NCBI GenBank assembly: GCA_041686115.1
Contig: JAWLEM010000002.1
Location: forward strand, 1-46,074
Length of the DNA: 46,074 nucleotides
From: Bacteroidales bacterium
Lineage (GTDB): Bacteria; Bacteroidota; Bacteroidia; Bacteroidales; UBA12077
Direction of reading: 5' to 3'
A model generated the notes under the pieces. That model saw only the letters and a list, made by a program, of their open reading frames with translations. It had not been told where the DNA came from and did not search any database. Within the stretch, counting starts at the first letter, position 1, and the number at the start of each line of letters is the position of its first letter. The position numbers and the translations under genes were made by a program. Shown here piece by piece: positions 34,839 through 45,221 of the stretch.

Positions 34839-35555
34839 TTAGTTTATTTTCATTGGGACTTCCATGAGTAATATTTTACTATTTTCGCTTGCCGAAATAC
34901 CAAAGTTTTTGATTTCTGATATTCCCAACCCGTCGCGTTTATTTAATTGTTGATTTTCAATCGAAATGCTTCCTTCGATAACAAAAATATATACGCCATG
35001 ATTTTTGCCTTTGAGTTGATATTCTCCCTGCCATCCTGATTTTAGGTTTCCCATATGAAACCAAGCGTCCTGGTGAATCCAAACACCTTCGTCGTTTTTA
35101 TCGGGAGATAATATCTGGAATAACTCGTTTTCTTTAGCAATATCACTAATTGAGATTTGATCGTAACGTGGTTCTACATCTTTTTTATTGGAGAAAACCC
35201 AAATCTGAAGTAATTTAACGTCTTTATCCGGGTTGGCATTAAATTCGCTGTGCTGAATTCCTGAACCGGCGCTCATCACCTGCAGGTCTCCGCTTTTTAT
35301 TATACCGGCATTTCCCATGCTGTCTTTATGTTCCAGGTCGCCATACAACGGAATGGTTATAATTTCCATATTATCGTGCGGGTGTGTACCAAACCCTTCG
35401 CCTGCAGCAATGGTATCGTCGTTTAAAACCCGTAATGCGCCAAAATGAATTCTTTCCGGATTGTAATAGCTGGCAAAACTAAATGTATGATAGGTTTTTA
35501 ACCAACCATGATCGGCATGTCCCCTGCTATCGGATTTATGTAGTATTGTTTTCAT
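34839..35555 (-). CDS. Pirin family protein
   Basis: It has GFGTHPHDNMEIITIPLYGDLEHKDSMGN and MSAGSGIQHSE (bicupin pirin signatures). Confidence 0.9.
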   Translation of the reverse strand: MKTILHKSDSRGHADHGWLKTYHTFSFASYYNPERIHFGALRVLNDDTIAAGEGFGTHPHDNMEIITIPLYGDLEHKDSMGNAGIIKSGDLQVMSAGSGIQHSEFNANPDKDVKLLQIWVFSNKKDVEPRYDQISISDIAKENELFQILSPDKNDEGVWIHQDAWFHMGNLKSGWQGEYQLKGKNHGVYIFVIEGSISIENQQLNKRDGLGISEIKNFGISASENSKILLMEVPMKIN

Positions 35556-35566
35556 TTTTCTTTCGT

Positions 35567-35893
35567 TTATTCTTTAATCATGGTAAGCAACATCTTAAAT
35601 TTTGAAGGTGCTTTTACTGCATGTGGAATATTGGCAGGCATAATAATCGATTGCCCTTCTGCCACTTCGTACGGTTTTTTATCAATAATAATTTGTGCTG
35701 TACCTTCTAAAACCTGGATAAGTGCATCGAATGGAGCAGAATGTTCGCTCAACTCCTGTCCTTGATCAAAAGCAAACAAAGTAACGTTACCAACAGGTTT
35801 TTGAATGATTTTTTTACTTACTATTCCATCGCTCGAATAGTTTACTTTCTTAGCAAAATCAAAAACTTCCGAATGAATTATTTTATCTTCCAT
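35567..35893 (-). CDS. Cupin domain protein
   Basis: 108 aa. ELSEHSAPFDALIQVLEG...IIMPANIPHAV is a cupin pattern. It is co-oriented with and adjacent to the pirin gene. Confidence 0.8.
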   Translation of the reverse strand: MEDKIIHSEVFDFAKKVNYSSDGIVSKKIIQKPVGNVTLFAFDQGQELSEHSAPFDALIQVLEGTAQIIIDKKPYEVAEGQSIIMPANIPHAVKAPSKFKMLLTMIKE

Positions 35894-36024
35894 GGTGTAT
35901 TGTTTTTATTTTCAAACAAAAAAAAGACTGTTTTGTTTGTTTTTATGTGATGATATTGTTTAGGATTATTGGTTTTTGTGAGCATCATTTTTAATTGCAA
36001 ATTTTTTTTCGTATAATATAATCA

Positions 36025-38022
36025 ATGAATTACAATAAAAAGGAGGTATGTATTTTGATGTTTTTTAGATTGTTGATGAGAATATTGATAGTTTTAATTT
36101 TAGTGTTGAACTTTTTAAATAGCAGTGCAGAGGAGCATATGAACGAAATTTATAGATATACAATTTTAAAAGCGGGAGAGATTAAACCAGCAGGATGGAT
36201 TAAAGAACAACTACATCGGGACTTAACCGATGGCTATATCGGGCAGTTTGACCAGGTGCATCATACTGTAACGCATAATTTATTTGTAAAACAAAATCGC
36301 CGCAGCGAGAAACAATATAAAATAGTAAAAGAATGGTGGAGTGGCGAGCATGAAGGATACTGGAAAGATGCTGTAATTCGGATGGCTTTTTTAACCGGTA
36401 ACGATGAGTATATAGAGCAGGCAAAAGGATGGATAGATGAAATTGTTGAAAATGCAGGCGAAGATGGCTACATTGGAATTTATGAGAATTGCGATGAGCC
36501 GACATGCCGATTTAACCATTTAAAAGGAAATGGAGAACTTTGGACTACAAGCCGGATTTTGATGCCTATGCTTGCTTATTATGAATACACGGGAGATAAA
36601 AAAGTGTTGTCAGCAGCAGAAAAGGCAGCAAAATTAATTATATCGGAATATAAAGATCGAAATTATTTCACAAAAACGTCTAAAGGGGGTGGTGTATCAC
36701 ATGGCGTTGGATTTTTCGAAAATCTCGAATGGCTATTTCGAATAACCGGAGATGATATTTATTTAAAGGCTGCTGTGAAATTATATGATGATTTCAACAA
36801 TGGAAAAGTCCGCGATGATGATTTAAAAATGCAAATGCTACTTGATACTTCACGGTATTTTAGAAAACATGGAGCACATGTGGCTGAGGGCATTTTTGTT
36901 CCGCACTTTATAGCAGCGATTAATGATAATCCGGAACTTGACCATGCATCAGATATGAGTGTTGAAAAATTGAATTACCACTTAACTCCAGGCGGTGCAA
37001 TGCGTTGCGATGAATGGGTTAAGGGGCGAAAAGGAACGGCTGATGAACATTACGAGTATTGTGGTATAGCTGAAATGATTAGCCCTTTGAATAAAATGAT
37101 TGCTTTTAACGGAGTTTTTGACCTCGCCGATAAAATTGAAAAGATGGTTTTTAATGCCGGCCAGGGTTCAAGATTCCCTGTTCTTAAAGGATTATCATAC
37201 CTTACATCCGATAACCGGATAAAAATAAACCATAATGAAATTGGACACCGGGAAACCTACGATGCTAATCATCGGGCGGCTTCATGTTGTGTGCTTAATG
37301 GTGGCAGACTTATGCCTTATTATGTTGAAGGAATGTGGATGAAAGATATCGAAAATGATGGGCTGGTGGCTACGCTTTATGGCCCGTGCGAAGTAAATAC
37401 CACGGTAAAAAATGTTGATGTGCATATCGAAGAGAAAACCAACTATCCTTTTTCAGGGAGGGTTGAATTTACAATTAACCCTGAAAAACCAACAGAATTT
37501 CCACTTATTTTACGAAAGCCCCATGGTTGCTCCGATATTGATGTTTCAAAAATTGAGGGAGCCGATATTCGCGATGAAAAAAGCCATTTGGTTATTACTA
37601 AAAAATGGAAAAAAAATGATAAATTTATTGTTCATTTTAAATTTGAGACACAAAAAATCCGTCAGCCTTCATCAAAAACAGTAAAAGGCGGAGGGTATTT
37701 TTTACAACACGGACCTTTGGTTTTTGCTTTGCCATTTGAACATAAAATGGATACTATAAAAGAATATAAACAAAGTGGATTCTACAGATACAAGTTAAAA
37801 GCAAAAAACAGAGAAGGCTGGAAATATAAAATAATGCCGGATTCGGATTTTGAATTTGAGTCAGGTATTGATGATGAAATAGTGCTTCATCCCTGGGATG
37901 AACCAATTGTTAAGCTAAAAGGGAATCTGGTAAACAAAAAGGGAGAAAAAGTACCTGTTGAGTTGGTTCCTGAAGGAAACACTATTTTTCGCAGAGTAAC
38001 GTTCTCAGTATATAAAAAATAA
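36025..38022 (+). CDS. Secreted glycoside hydrolase-like protein (GH127/GH146, DUF1680-like alpha/alpha-barrel)
   Basis: It has a signal/TM segment. WWSGEHEGYWKDAVIRMAFLTGN, DGYIGIY and GELWTTSRILMPMLAYYEYTGD resemble the beta-L-arabinofuranosidase-like family. The assignment is tentative. Confidence 0.45.
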   Translation: MNYNKKEVCILMFFRLLMRILIVLILVLNFLNSSAEEHMNEIYRYTILKAGEIKPAGWIKEQLHRDLTDGYIGQFDQVHHTVTHNLFVKQNRRSEKQYKIVKEWWSGEHEGYWKDAVIRMAFLTGNDEYIEQAKGWIDEIVENAGEDGYIGIYENCDEPTCRFNHLKGNGELWTTSRILMPMLAYYEYTGDKKVLSAAEKAAKLIISEYKDRNYFTKTSKGGGVSHGVGFFENLEWLFRITGDDIYLKAAVKLYDDFNNGKVRDDDLKMQMLLDTSRYFRKHGAHVAEGIFVPHFIAAINDNPELDHASDMSVEKLNYHLTPGGAMRCDEWVKGRKGTADEHYEYCGIAEMISPLNKMIAFNGVFDLADKIEKMVFNAGQGSRFPVLKGLSYLTSDNRIKINHNEIGHRETYDANHRAASCCVLNGGRLMPYYVEGMWMKDIENDGLVATLYGPCEVNTTVKNVDVHIEEKTNYPFSGRVEFTINPEKPTEFPLILRKPHGCSDIDVSKIEGADIRDEKSHLVITKKWKKNDKFIVHFKFETQKIRQPSSKTVKGGGYFLQHGPLVFALPFEHKMDTIKEYKQSGFYRYKLKAKNREGWKYKIMPDSDFEFESGIDDEIVLHPWDEPIVKLKGNLVNKKGEKVPVELVPEGNTIFRRVTFSVYKK

Positions 38023-38056
38023 AAACGAAACAAAACAATCATTAAAATTACCCAAT

Positions 38057-38839
38057 ATGGATAAAAAAGATGTAAGTATTGTTATTTGCGCTTACAACGA
38101 AGAGCCAACCATTAAATATGTAATAGAATCGTGCCACCGGTTTAATCAAGAAAGCGAAATTGTTGTGGTAGATGATGGCTCAGAAGATGCCACACAAGAA
38201 ATCATAAAGGATTTACAAAAAGATATTCCTTTAAATTATATCAGGTTGGATGAAAATAAAGGAAAAAGTTATGCCATGGTTGTAGGTGTTGAAAATGCAA
38301 CCCGCGATATTATTTTATTTTTTGATGCTGATATTACCAATATTAAAAAAGTACATTTTGACCAGCTGCTCAACCCAATATTTAATGAAGAGGCAGACAT
38401 GGTGCTGGGGCAACCTTCGGAAACGCTGATTGATTTTCGCATTAATCCATTTAAAGGGCTTACCGGTGAAAGAGCGATGCTAAAAAAAGATATTGTACCT
38501 ATCCTGGAAGATATTCGTGATATCCGGTTTGGTGTTGAAACGTATATCAACCTTTATTTTCAGGCTTATGGCAAAAAGTTAAAGTTCAGCGTATTAGATG
38601 GATTAACCCACCCTACAAAATATGAAAAAACGACTCCGATGAAAGCCACCATGGAATTTATCAGCGAAGGACAGGAAATCGCATCTACCCTGTTAAAAAA
38701 TTACGATTTAATTACCAAACGGATTGAATCATCGTTTAATTCGCAAAACGAAAAAGTGAAAGAGAGAATAAAGCAGTTACATTCAGAGTTAAACGAAAAT
38801 ATCCAATCATTAATAAAAAACGGAAAGTTTAAAGAATAA
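38057..38839 (+). CDS. Family 2 glycosyltransferase
   Basis: VSIVICAYNEE, VVVDDGSEDAT and FFDADI (DxD) are typical of the GT-A fold GT2. Confidence 0.85.
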   Translation: MDKKDVSIVICAYNEEPTIKYVIESCHRFNQESEIVVVDDGSEDATQEIIKDLQKDIPLNYIRLDENKGKSYAMVVGVENATRDIILFFDADITNIKKVHFDQLLNPIFNEEADMVLGQPSETLIDFRINPFKGLTGERAMLKKDIVPILEDIRDIRFGVETYINLYFQAYGKKLKFSVLDGLTHPTKYEKTTPMKATMEFISEGQEIASTLLKNYDLITKRIESSFNSQNEKVKERIKQLHSELNENIQSLIKNGKFKE

Positions 38840-38866
38840 TTCCCGATTGTTGGAAAACTACATGCT

Positions 38867-39838
38867 ATGAAAAAGAGAAAAATCATTCAGTCGGGGATTT
38901 TTTTTGTTATCGGTGCTGCATTATTTTGGTATGTTTATAAAGACCTTAATGTTAGTAAGATAAAATCTGAATTAGGACATCTGGCTTATGGATGGATATT
39001 GCTATCGTTGGTTTTTAATCTGTTAAGTCAGCTTACGAGAGCATATCGCTGGAAAAAGCTTATTGCTCCAATGGGTTATCAGCCCGGGAATTTAAATTTG
39101 TTTTTATCGGTTATGGTGTTGGCTTTTACCAACCTGGTTATTCCCCGTGGAGGAGAAATTGCCCGTTGTGGCGTGATTACCAAATATGATAAAGTACCTT
39201 TTACTAAACTGGTGGGCACTGTTTTTATAGAACGGATTACCGATTTTGCCGCATTAATTTTTTTGTTTTTTGTTTTGCTGGCATGGCAATTTCCTGTGAT
39301 ACAAAAACTATTTCAATCAGCTAATATTAATTTGGAGTTCTCCGAATATAAATCAAAGGTCATCATCTATTCATCAGCAATTATTTTTATTGTTTTATTG
39401 CTTTTTGTGTTGTATAAGCTCAATGTTTTTAAAAAGTTTAGAAGAAAAATTCATCAAGTGAAAATGGACTTTTCTGAAGGTTTTAAAACCATTGTATCCA
39501 TAAAGGGGAAAGGAATGTATATTTTTCAGACTTTTCTGATTTATTTTTTTTGGTTATTGATGCTATATGTAATGTTTTTTGCGTATGAACCAACCCGGGA
39601 TTTAACTCTGGGCAATGCAGCCTTTACTTTTGCCATTGCTACTTTTGCATTTATTCTACCCATTCAGGGAGGTATTGGCGCCTGGCATTATGTGGTTATT
39701 CAATGTTTATTGCTATTTGGAATCAGCAGCCAGGACGGGATGGTTTTTGCTTTAATTGCCCATACTTTTACCAATCTGGTGTATCTGTTTTTTGGCGCTG
39801 TGGCTTTGATTATACTGCCGTTGGTGAATAAAAATTAA
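38867..39838 (+). CDS. Flippase-like / lysylphosphatidylglycerol-synthase TM-domain (UPF0104) membrane protein
   Basis: 323 aa and about 8 TM helices with the RAYRWKKL and PRGGEIARC motifs typical of the LPG_synthase_TM family. It follows the GT2 gene. Confidence 0.65.
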   Translation: MKKRKIIQSGIFFVIGAALFWYVYKDLNVSKIKSELGHLAYGWILLSLVFNLLSQLTRAYRWKKLIAPMGYQPGNLNLFLSVMVLAFTNLVIPRGGEIARCGVITKYDKVPFTKLVGTVFIERITDFAALIFLFFVLLAWQFPVIQKLFQSANINLEFSEYKSKVIIYSSAIIFIVLLLFVLYKLNVFKKFRRKIHQVKMDFSEGFKTIVSIKGKGMYIFQTFLIYFFWLLMLYVMFFAYEPTRDLTLGNAAFTFAIATFAFILPIQGGIGAWHYVVIQCLLLFGISSQDGMVFALIAHTFTNLVYLFFGAVALIILPLVNKN

Positions 39839-39885
39839 TCATTCTTTTTGTTATTAATTAATTTATCTTTTTTTCTTTTTTTGCT

Positions 39886-40120
39886 GACATATTCGACACC
39901 TCCGGGGTCGCGTTCCGTCTGCGTTTCAACTTCTTCGCGGGCGCTCATTCAGAGCCGTCATCGCGAGGAGTCCCGTGCCGATAGCTATCGGGACGACGAA
40001 GCGATCTGCTCCAATTACCCGCAGCAGCAGCTTGTAACAGATCACTTCGCTATGCTCGTGATGATACTTCGACACGCTCAGCACACCGCGTGTCTTCGAT
40101 TTGGGGTTTGTGCAGCTAAA
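39886..40120. repeat. GC-rich composite palindromic (REP/BIME-like) element between convergent genes
   Basis: Nested inverted repeats: GTCATCGCGAG (39957-67) pairs with CTCGTGATGAT (40055-65), and CGAAGCGATC (39997-40006) pairs with GATCACTTCG (40040-49). There is an inner hairpin GTCCCG-N13-CGGGAC (39970-94) and a repeated TTCGACAC(C/G). GC is far above background. Confidence 0.65.
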
Positions 40121-40237
40121 TGTATTCGAAACGGTTTTTTGTTGCAAAGCAGCCACAAATTATCCAAAATGATGCCGGAGGCATTCAATGTTTATAAAAG
40201 GCGTTGTAGAAGTTGGAATCGAAGAACAATTTTAAAA

Positions 40238-41278
40238 TCAATCATCCTCACTGCCAATTCTTCCGTCTTTGGTTAAAAGAATGGCGATAGGCCTTGTTGA
40301 TGGTATTTCCGATAAAATGATAATAAGCATTACGGTAATAGGAACACTTAAAAACAGGCCGATAATACCCCAAATAGCACCCCAGAAAGCTAAACCAAAA
40401 ATGATCATCAGGGGGCTTATATTTAAAGAGTCTCCTGTAAATTTCGGGTCTATATAATTTCCAACAATGAGCTGAATGGCTCCAACAATAATTAGAACCC
40501 AAATCCCGGGCATAACTTCGCCAAATTGCAGCATGGCAAAAAATGCGGGGAAAGTGGTTGCTACCAGCGACCCAACCGTTGGAATATAGTTGAGAACAAA
40601 AATTAAAAACGCCCAAAATATTGGAGCATCAATATTTAAGAATAACAATGCAAAGTAACTTAGAAACCCGGTAAGCAGGCTCACCAGTGTTTTTATGGAA
40701 ATATACTGGCCAATGGATTTGTCTATTTTTGCGAGAATTTCAATCACATCGTCCTGATCATCTTTATCGGCATAAATGGCATTGATTTTCCGCGAAAAGA
40801 AAGGTTCTTCAAGTAATAAAAACAGGGTGTATACAACAATTAAAAGGGCGTCTCCAAAAAGGTCTGTTATGGAATTGAACAGAACAGAAAGTAGTTTGGT
40901 GTATTCATATTCGCCTAAAAATTCTTTAATAGAATCAACTACATCAATATTAAAAGTCTGATTAATAGAAGCGGTAATATCGGTAATGTTTTTTTGATAA
41001 GCCGGAAGTTCTTTCGATAACTGTTGAATATTCATGGCCAGAATTTTCCCTACCCCGCCAAGGATGGCAAATATCACTGCAAAACCAATTGCATTTAGGA
41101 TTATTGTTGGGACTTTATTGACATATTTTATTCTTTTTAATAAGTCGCGAATTTCTTTGATCAAGAACCAAAAAATCAGGGCTATAATAAATGGTAAAAT
41201 TAAATCTTTACCATAAATAAATATTAAAACTACAGCAAAAGAGACAAGCAGGCTGTTTGTAATTCTCGAAGCTTTCAT
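40238..41278 (-). CDS. AI-2E family transporter (PerM/UPF0118)
   Basis: 346 aa, multi-pass membrane protein with the typical central loop and C-terminal NYIPTVGS...FGLAFWGAIWGIIGLFLSVP pattern. Confidence 0.8.
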   Translation of the reverse strand: MKASRITNSLLVSFAVVLIFIYGKDLILPFIIALIFWFLIKEIRDLLKRIKYVNKVPTIILNAIGFAVIFAILGGVGKILAMNIQQLSKELPAYQKNITDITASINQTFNIDVVDSIKEFLGEYEYTKLLSVLFNSITDLFGDALLIVVYTLFLLLEEPFFSRKINAIYADKDDQDDVIEILAKIDKSIGQYISIKTLVSLLTGFLSYFALLFLNIDAPIFWAFLIFVLNYIPTVGSLVATTFPAFFAMLQFGEVMPGIWVLIIVGAIQLIVGNYIDPKFTGDSLNISPLMIIFGLAFWGAIWGIIGLFLSVPITVMLIIILSEIPSTRPIAILLTKDGRIGSEDD

Positions 41279-41319
41279 CTGTTTGAAATTTTTAGTTTTA
41301 TTGAAAATGAAGAAAATAA

Positions 41320-41337
41320 TCCCGAAAACTTTCGGGA
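41320..41337 (-). other. Perfect hairpin TCCCGAAA-AC-TTTCGGGA in the AI-2E 5' region
   Basis: 8-bp inverted repeat 42 nt upstream of the AI-2E start, followed on the minus strand by TTATTTTCTTCATTTTC. It may be an insulating terminator, an attenuator or another TCGGGA-family repeat. Confidence 0.4.
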
Positions 41338-41490
41338 CTTCACATTCAGGAACTCCCGATGAATTTTAATCATTTTCGTGTTTATTATAAAATGTTAAAA
41401 TTCATGGTCGTTTCATTTTAACAGGTTTTAATGAAAGTATAAAATTAATATTTTAAATGATAGAAAATAAATCAAATGATAAAAATTTAT

Positions 41491-41527
41491 AATACAAAAC
41501 GTGCCGCAACAAATTGTTACGGCACGC
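41491..41527 (-). terminator. Rho-independent terminator after the M16 peptidase gene
   Basis: On the minus strand: CGTGCCG-TAACAATTTGTTG-CGGCACG followed by TTTTGTATTAT. It lies 36 nt downstream of the stop. Confidence 0.75.
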
Positions 41528-41561
41528 TTATAAATCAGCCTGTTAAGATTTTTCTATAAAG

Positions 41562-44549
41562 TTATTTTGTGATATGCTTAATCTCTTTAAATAAATCTTT
41601 ATGTGCTTTAATCTTTTGATCGTTACCATAAACACAAATTACATCCTGGTCCATGATGTCCTTAATCATTTTTTCGTAAGATTTAATATCTTCGAGTGTA
41701 GTATTAAGGATTGCATTGCGCTCTTGTTCCAGCTCTTCTTTGGTTGATTTGGTAAAATAATTATTTACAGCCATCCAACCACGTTGCGATGCTGTTGTTG
41801 GGCGGTCGATGTTTGAAATTGTACCAATAATAAACCTTGTCATAGCTGTTTCGTCGGCATCAAATCCGGCTAAAAACTCAGGGGCAGCATCATAATTTTC
41901 AAGCGTTTCCTTTAAGTTTGGATCACGGTAAGATGCAAAAAATGCATTTCCTGAGGGGGCAAATCGTGCCCATCCGCCATAGGCTCCTCCCATTACACGA
42001 ATCTTGTTTTGTAAATAATCACGCGACATAACCTGATTTAGCACACGCATTTTACCATCCCACTCATATCCCAGCTCTTTAAAATCGTATCCTTTGATTA
42101 CATACTGTACCATTGAAGAAGACATTAACCCTTCATTCCTTATTTCAAAGTCAAAGGTCCAGTCGATTAATTGAACATCTTCTTCGGACAATGTGGAAAC
42201 GAAACTTTCAAGTTCTTTCTTATAGGTTGGATAATTATCTTTTGAGCAGGTTATATTAGCAATAAGATTATTCTTATTGAAAAGCAGTTTAGCAGTTTGC
42301 TGCAATTTTTCAATAATTTCCTGGTTTTTTGCATCGAAATTATCTGTTAGTGCAGTAATAAAATCATAATAAGTTAGTCCTCCGGTTAACTCGTTAAACA
42401 TGCCTTCGTTGCTGTAATAGGAATTTATCCTGGTTGTTGCAACTCCCACTCCATTATTTTTCACACCTGATTCTACCTGCGACTGATGACGAGTCATTAC
42501 TTCTTTTAAACGATCAATGTCATCAAATTTTGTATGATTCAGAATCTCTGCAGTTAATTCAAAAAGTTTATCGGTTTTATCTACCGTTGCTTTAGCATTA
42601 ACCATAAATTTAGGGATAAGCTTATCGTCTGAATTGTTTTCAAGGTAAGAGTTCAGATAAGTGTTAAATCCACCGGTATTGATATTAAGAGCATTGTCGA
42701 GTTCGCCAAATGAATAATTCTCTGTATTTAAAACGCCCATTAATTCTGATAAAAGTTTACCATAAGGAATTAAGTCTTGTGGTAATGCACGCAGATCAAA
42801 ATAGAGGTTTGCATAAACAATATTATTGGTAAAATCTTCGTAATGCAGAATAGGTACGTTAGCTACCTTTTTTTCTGCCGCTTCGTACCATTGTACTTCT
42901 TTGCTGATATCGGAAAGAGAAAGCATTGGAACGGTAGCAATAGCTTCCGGCGAATCTTCTTTCTTTTGATGCTCTTTTAGCTCTTTGGTTTCTTCTATCA
43001 ATTTTTCCAGTTCTTCTTTACTTAAGCTGGCTTTGTATTCAGCTAATTCTTTTCTGGTTTTTTCAGCAATTTCATTTTCGAGTCCCGGCTGTGGTTTTAA
43101 AACCATTAACAGTGCATGCGGGTTATTAATGAGTTGCTCCTGAACAATTTTTTCGAGCATTCCATTTTCAATTCCTTCTTTAACATTAGCCAGTGGAGTT
43201 TCAAATTCTAATCCCATAAATGGATCGTCGGCAAACAGAAGCCCGTTTTTAATAGAGAAAAGGTACATTAAACCTTTCTGCGAAGAGTCTCCTTCTCTTA
43301 AACGGAATTCTAATCGGTTTACAATTCCTTCAATGGTTTTATCATCAAAACCCTCTTTACTAACTTTTTGAAGTGTATTAAAAACAATTTCATCGAATTT
43401 TTCTTTGTCTTCGGGGTTAGCATTTTGAACCATTATTTGAAAAACATTTTGCTTTCCGTTACTAACCCATGCATTGACATCTTTTCCAATTCCTGCTTCC
43501 TGCAATGCAATGCGCAGTGGCGCCGACTCGTGATTTACAAGCGCTTCTCTTAAAATATTTAATGCCATAACCAGTTCCTGGTCTGTATTTAGTCCTGCTA
43601 CAAAACTGTAACTTAAGAATGTTTTATCTTTGGTCTCGCTTCCTTCGGGAACACTGTACGGTTTTTCTGCAACCTTTTTCTCTTCAAATGGTTTTTGGAT
43701 AGGAATTTCTACCTTTTCTTCAGATTTTTCATACCCGGAGAAATATTCCTGATCAATAAATTGTAATTCTTTATCTAAATCGGCATCTCCATATAATAAA
43801 ACAAAGCTATTGGATGGATGATAATATTTTTCATGGAAATTTTTAAAATATTCATAAGTAAGTTCAGGAATTGCTGTTGGGTAACCTCCTGATGATGCTC
43901 CATAGGTATTGTCAGGGAAAAGGATTTTGTTTACTTGATAACTCAATTCTCTGTAAGGACTGGAAAAAGCACCTTTCATTTCGTTATAAACAACACCTTT
44001 ATAAACAATGTCGCCATCAATATCATCCAGCTCGTAATGCCATCCTTCTTGTTTCAGGATTTTTGGATCGGTGTAAATACGGGGTTTAAAAACAGCATCC
44101 ATATAAACATGCATCAGGTTAAAATAATCCTTGTCATTCATGCTGGCAACAGGGTATGCAGTATAGTCTGATCCTGTCATGGCATTGATAAATGTATTTA
44201 ATGACCCTTTTACAAGAAGGTCGAATGGACTTTTTACAGGGAAGTTTTCCGAGCCGTTTAATACCGAATGCTCCATAATATGCGGAGTGCCATAGTCGTG
44301 TTCGGGAGTAGTTTTAAATGATACGCTAAAAAGTTTATTCGCATCATCGGCTGCAATTTTCATTAATTTTGCACCACTTTTTTCATGAATAAAGTATAAA
44401 CAATTGGCATTAACTTCGTCAACAAATCTTTTCTCAACAAGTTTGAAACCATTGTATGTTTTGCCCTCTTTGTATACCGGGCCTTGCGAACATGACCACA
44501 ACAATGAAAATATTATTGCTGTGGATAGTAATAAAATTTTGTTTTTCAT
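41562..44549 (-). CDS. M16-family zinc metallopeptidase, PreP/insulinase-like (M16C), lipoprotein
   Basis: 995 aa. It has a lipobox (LLWSC), the inverted zinc motif HIMEH, a downstream YNEMKG region and the four-domain length typical of presequence-protease-like enzymes. Confidence 0.9.
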   Translation of the reverse strand: MKNKILLLSTAIIFSLLWSCSQGPVYKEGKTYNGFKLVEKRFVDEVNANCLYFIHEKSGAKLMKIAADDANKLFSVSFKTTPEHDYGTPHIMEHSVLNGSENFPVKSPFDLLVKGSLNTFINAMTGSDYTAYPVASMNDKDYFNLMHVYMDAVFKPRIYTDPKILKQEGWHYELDDIDGDIVYKGVVYNEMKGAFSSPYRELSYQVNKILFPDNTYGASSGGYPTAIPELTYEYFKNFHEKYYHPSNSFVLLYGDADLDKELQFIDQEYFSGYEKSEEKVEIPIQKPFEEKKVAEKPYSVPEGSETKDKTFLSYSFVAGLNTDQELVMALNILREALVNHESAPLRIALQEAGIGKDVNAWVSNGKQNVFQIMVQNANPEDKEKFDEIVFNTLQKVSKEGFDDKTIEGIVNRLEFRLREGDSSQKGLMYLFSIKNGLLFADDPFMGLEFETPLANVKEGIENGMLEKIVQEQLINNPHALLMVLKPQPGLENEIAEKTRKELAEYKASLSKEELEKLIEETKELKEHQKKEDSPEAIATVPMLSLSDISKEVQWYEAAEKKVANVPILHYEDFTNNIVYANLYFDLRALPQDLIPYGKLLSELMGVLNTENYSFGELDNALNINTGGFNTYLNSYLENNSDDKLIPKFMVNAKATVDKTDKLFELTAEILNHTKFDDIDRLKEVMTRHQSQVESGVKNNGVGVATTRINSYYSNEGMFNELTGGLTYYDFITALTDNFDAKNQEIIEKLQQTAKLLFNKNNLIANITCSKDNYPTYKKELESFVSTLSEEDVQLIDWTFDFEIRNEGLMSSSMVQYVIKGYDFKELGYEWDGKMRVLNQVMSRDYLQNKIRVMGGAYGGWARFAPSGNAFFASYRDPNLKETLENYDAAPEFLAGFDADETAMTRFIIGTISNIDRPTTASQRGWMAVNNYFTKSTKEELEQERNAILNTTLEDIKSYEKMIKDIMDQDVICVYGNDQKIKAHKDLFKEIKHITK

Positions 44550-44780
44550 AGTGTAAGGTTTAATTTGAAATAGGGTTTAATAAATTATTAGATCATTTTT
44601 TTAATCAGAAGTTTAAAGATAGAATAAATATTTTAAATCAGAATTGTTTTTGGATAAGATATTTAACGTTTGGTGGGGCAAGGTAGGGTATAACAACAGA
44701 ATAACGTAATTTAAGCTTTATTTTAAACATTTGTATCTGATCTTTGGTTTTATATTAATAAATTGCGTGATTATACGATT

Positions 44781-45206
44781 ATGAAAGATTTAATGCATAT
44801 TGTTTATGTAAGTTTTTCTGATAAAGTTTTATCAGAAAAAGGCCTTGATGAATTATTGGTTGATATTCGGAAAAGAAATAAACTTCAGAAAGTTACAGGC
44901 TTACTTCTATATAATGATGGGACATTTATTCAGCTTATAGAAGGAAAGACGAATATTATTCAAAACTTATTTGAAAAAATAAAGAATGACAAACGGCATT
45001 CCAATGTAGTATTATTATTAGAAGAATCAATAAAAAAGCGTGCATTCCCTGATTGGACCATGGGATACTATAAGCTAAGTAAAGAACAATCCGGAAAAAT
45101 CCCCGGATATTCAGATTTTATGCATTCAAAGGATTCCAGAAAGATTATTGAGTCTACATCGGATGAGGCAATGAAGTTGTTGAATAGTTTCAAAACATAT
45201 ATTTGA
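44781..45206 (+). CDS. Short BLUF-domain blue-light FAD photoreceptor
   Basis: IVYVS (photoactive Tyr), VTGLLLYNDGTFIQLIEG (Gln), DKRHSNV and FPDWTMGY (Trp/Met) match the BLUF consensus. A C-terminal ~50-aa helical tail follows. Confidence 0.85.
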   Translation: MKDLMHIVYVSFSDKVLSEKGLDELLVDIRKRNKLQKVTGLLLYNDGTFIQLIEGKTNIIQNLFEKIKNDKRHSNVVLLLEESIKKRAFPDWTMGYYKLSKEQSGKIPGYSDFMHSKDSRKIIESTSDEAMKLLNSFKTYI

Positions 45207-45221
45207 TTTTATATAGATTTT

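Noticed and set aside
36025-39838. GH127-like hydrolase + GT2 + flippase-like gene as a novel glycan system
   Set aside because: GT2 plus UPF0104/LPG-synthase-TM pairs are common. The hydrolase assignment itself is tentative, and nothing in the sequence distinguishes this from ordinary envelope glycolipid metabolism.
39848-40276. 142-aa plus-strand ORF (and 76-aa antisense ORF) in the gap between the flippase-like gene and the AI-2E transporter
   Set aside because: It starts at a non-ATG codon and the sequence is Arg/Ser/Cys-rich and low-complexity. It is made entirely of the GC-rich nested palindromes and overlaps the 3' end of the AI-2E gene. It reads as translated repeat, not a gene.
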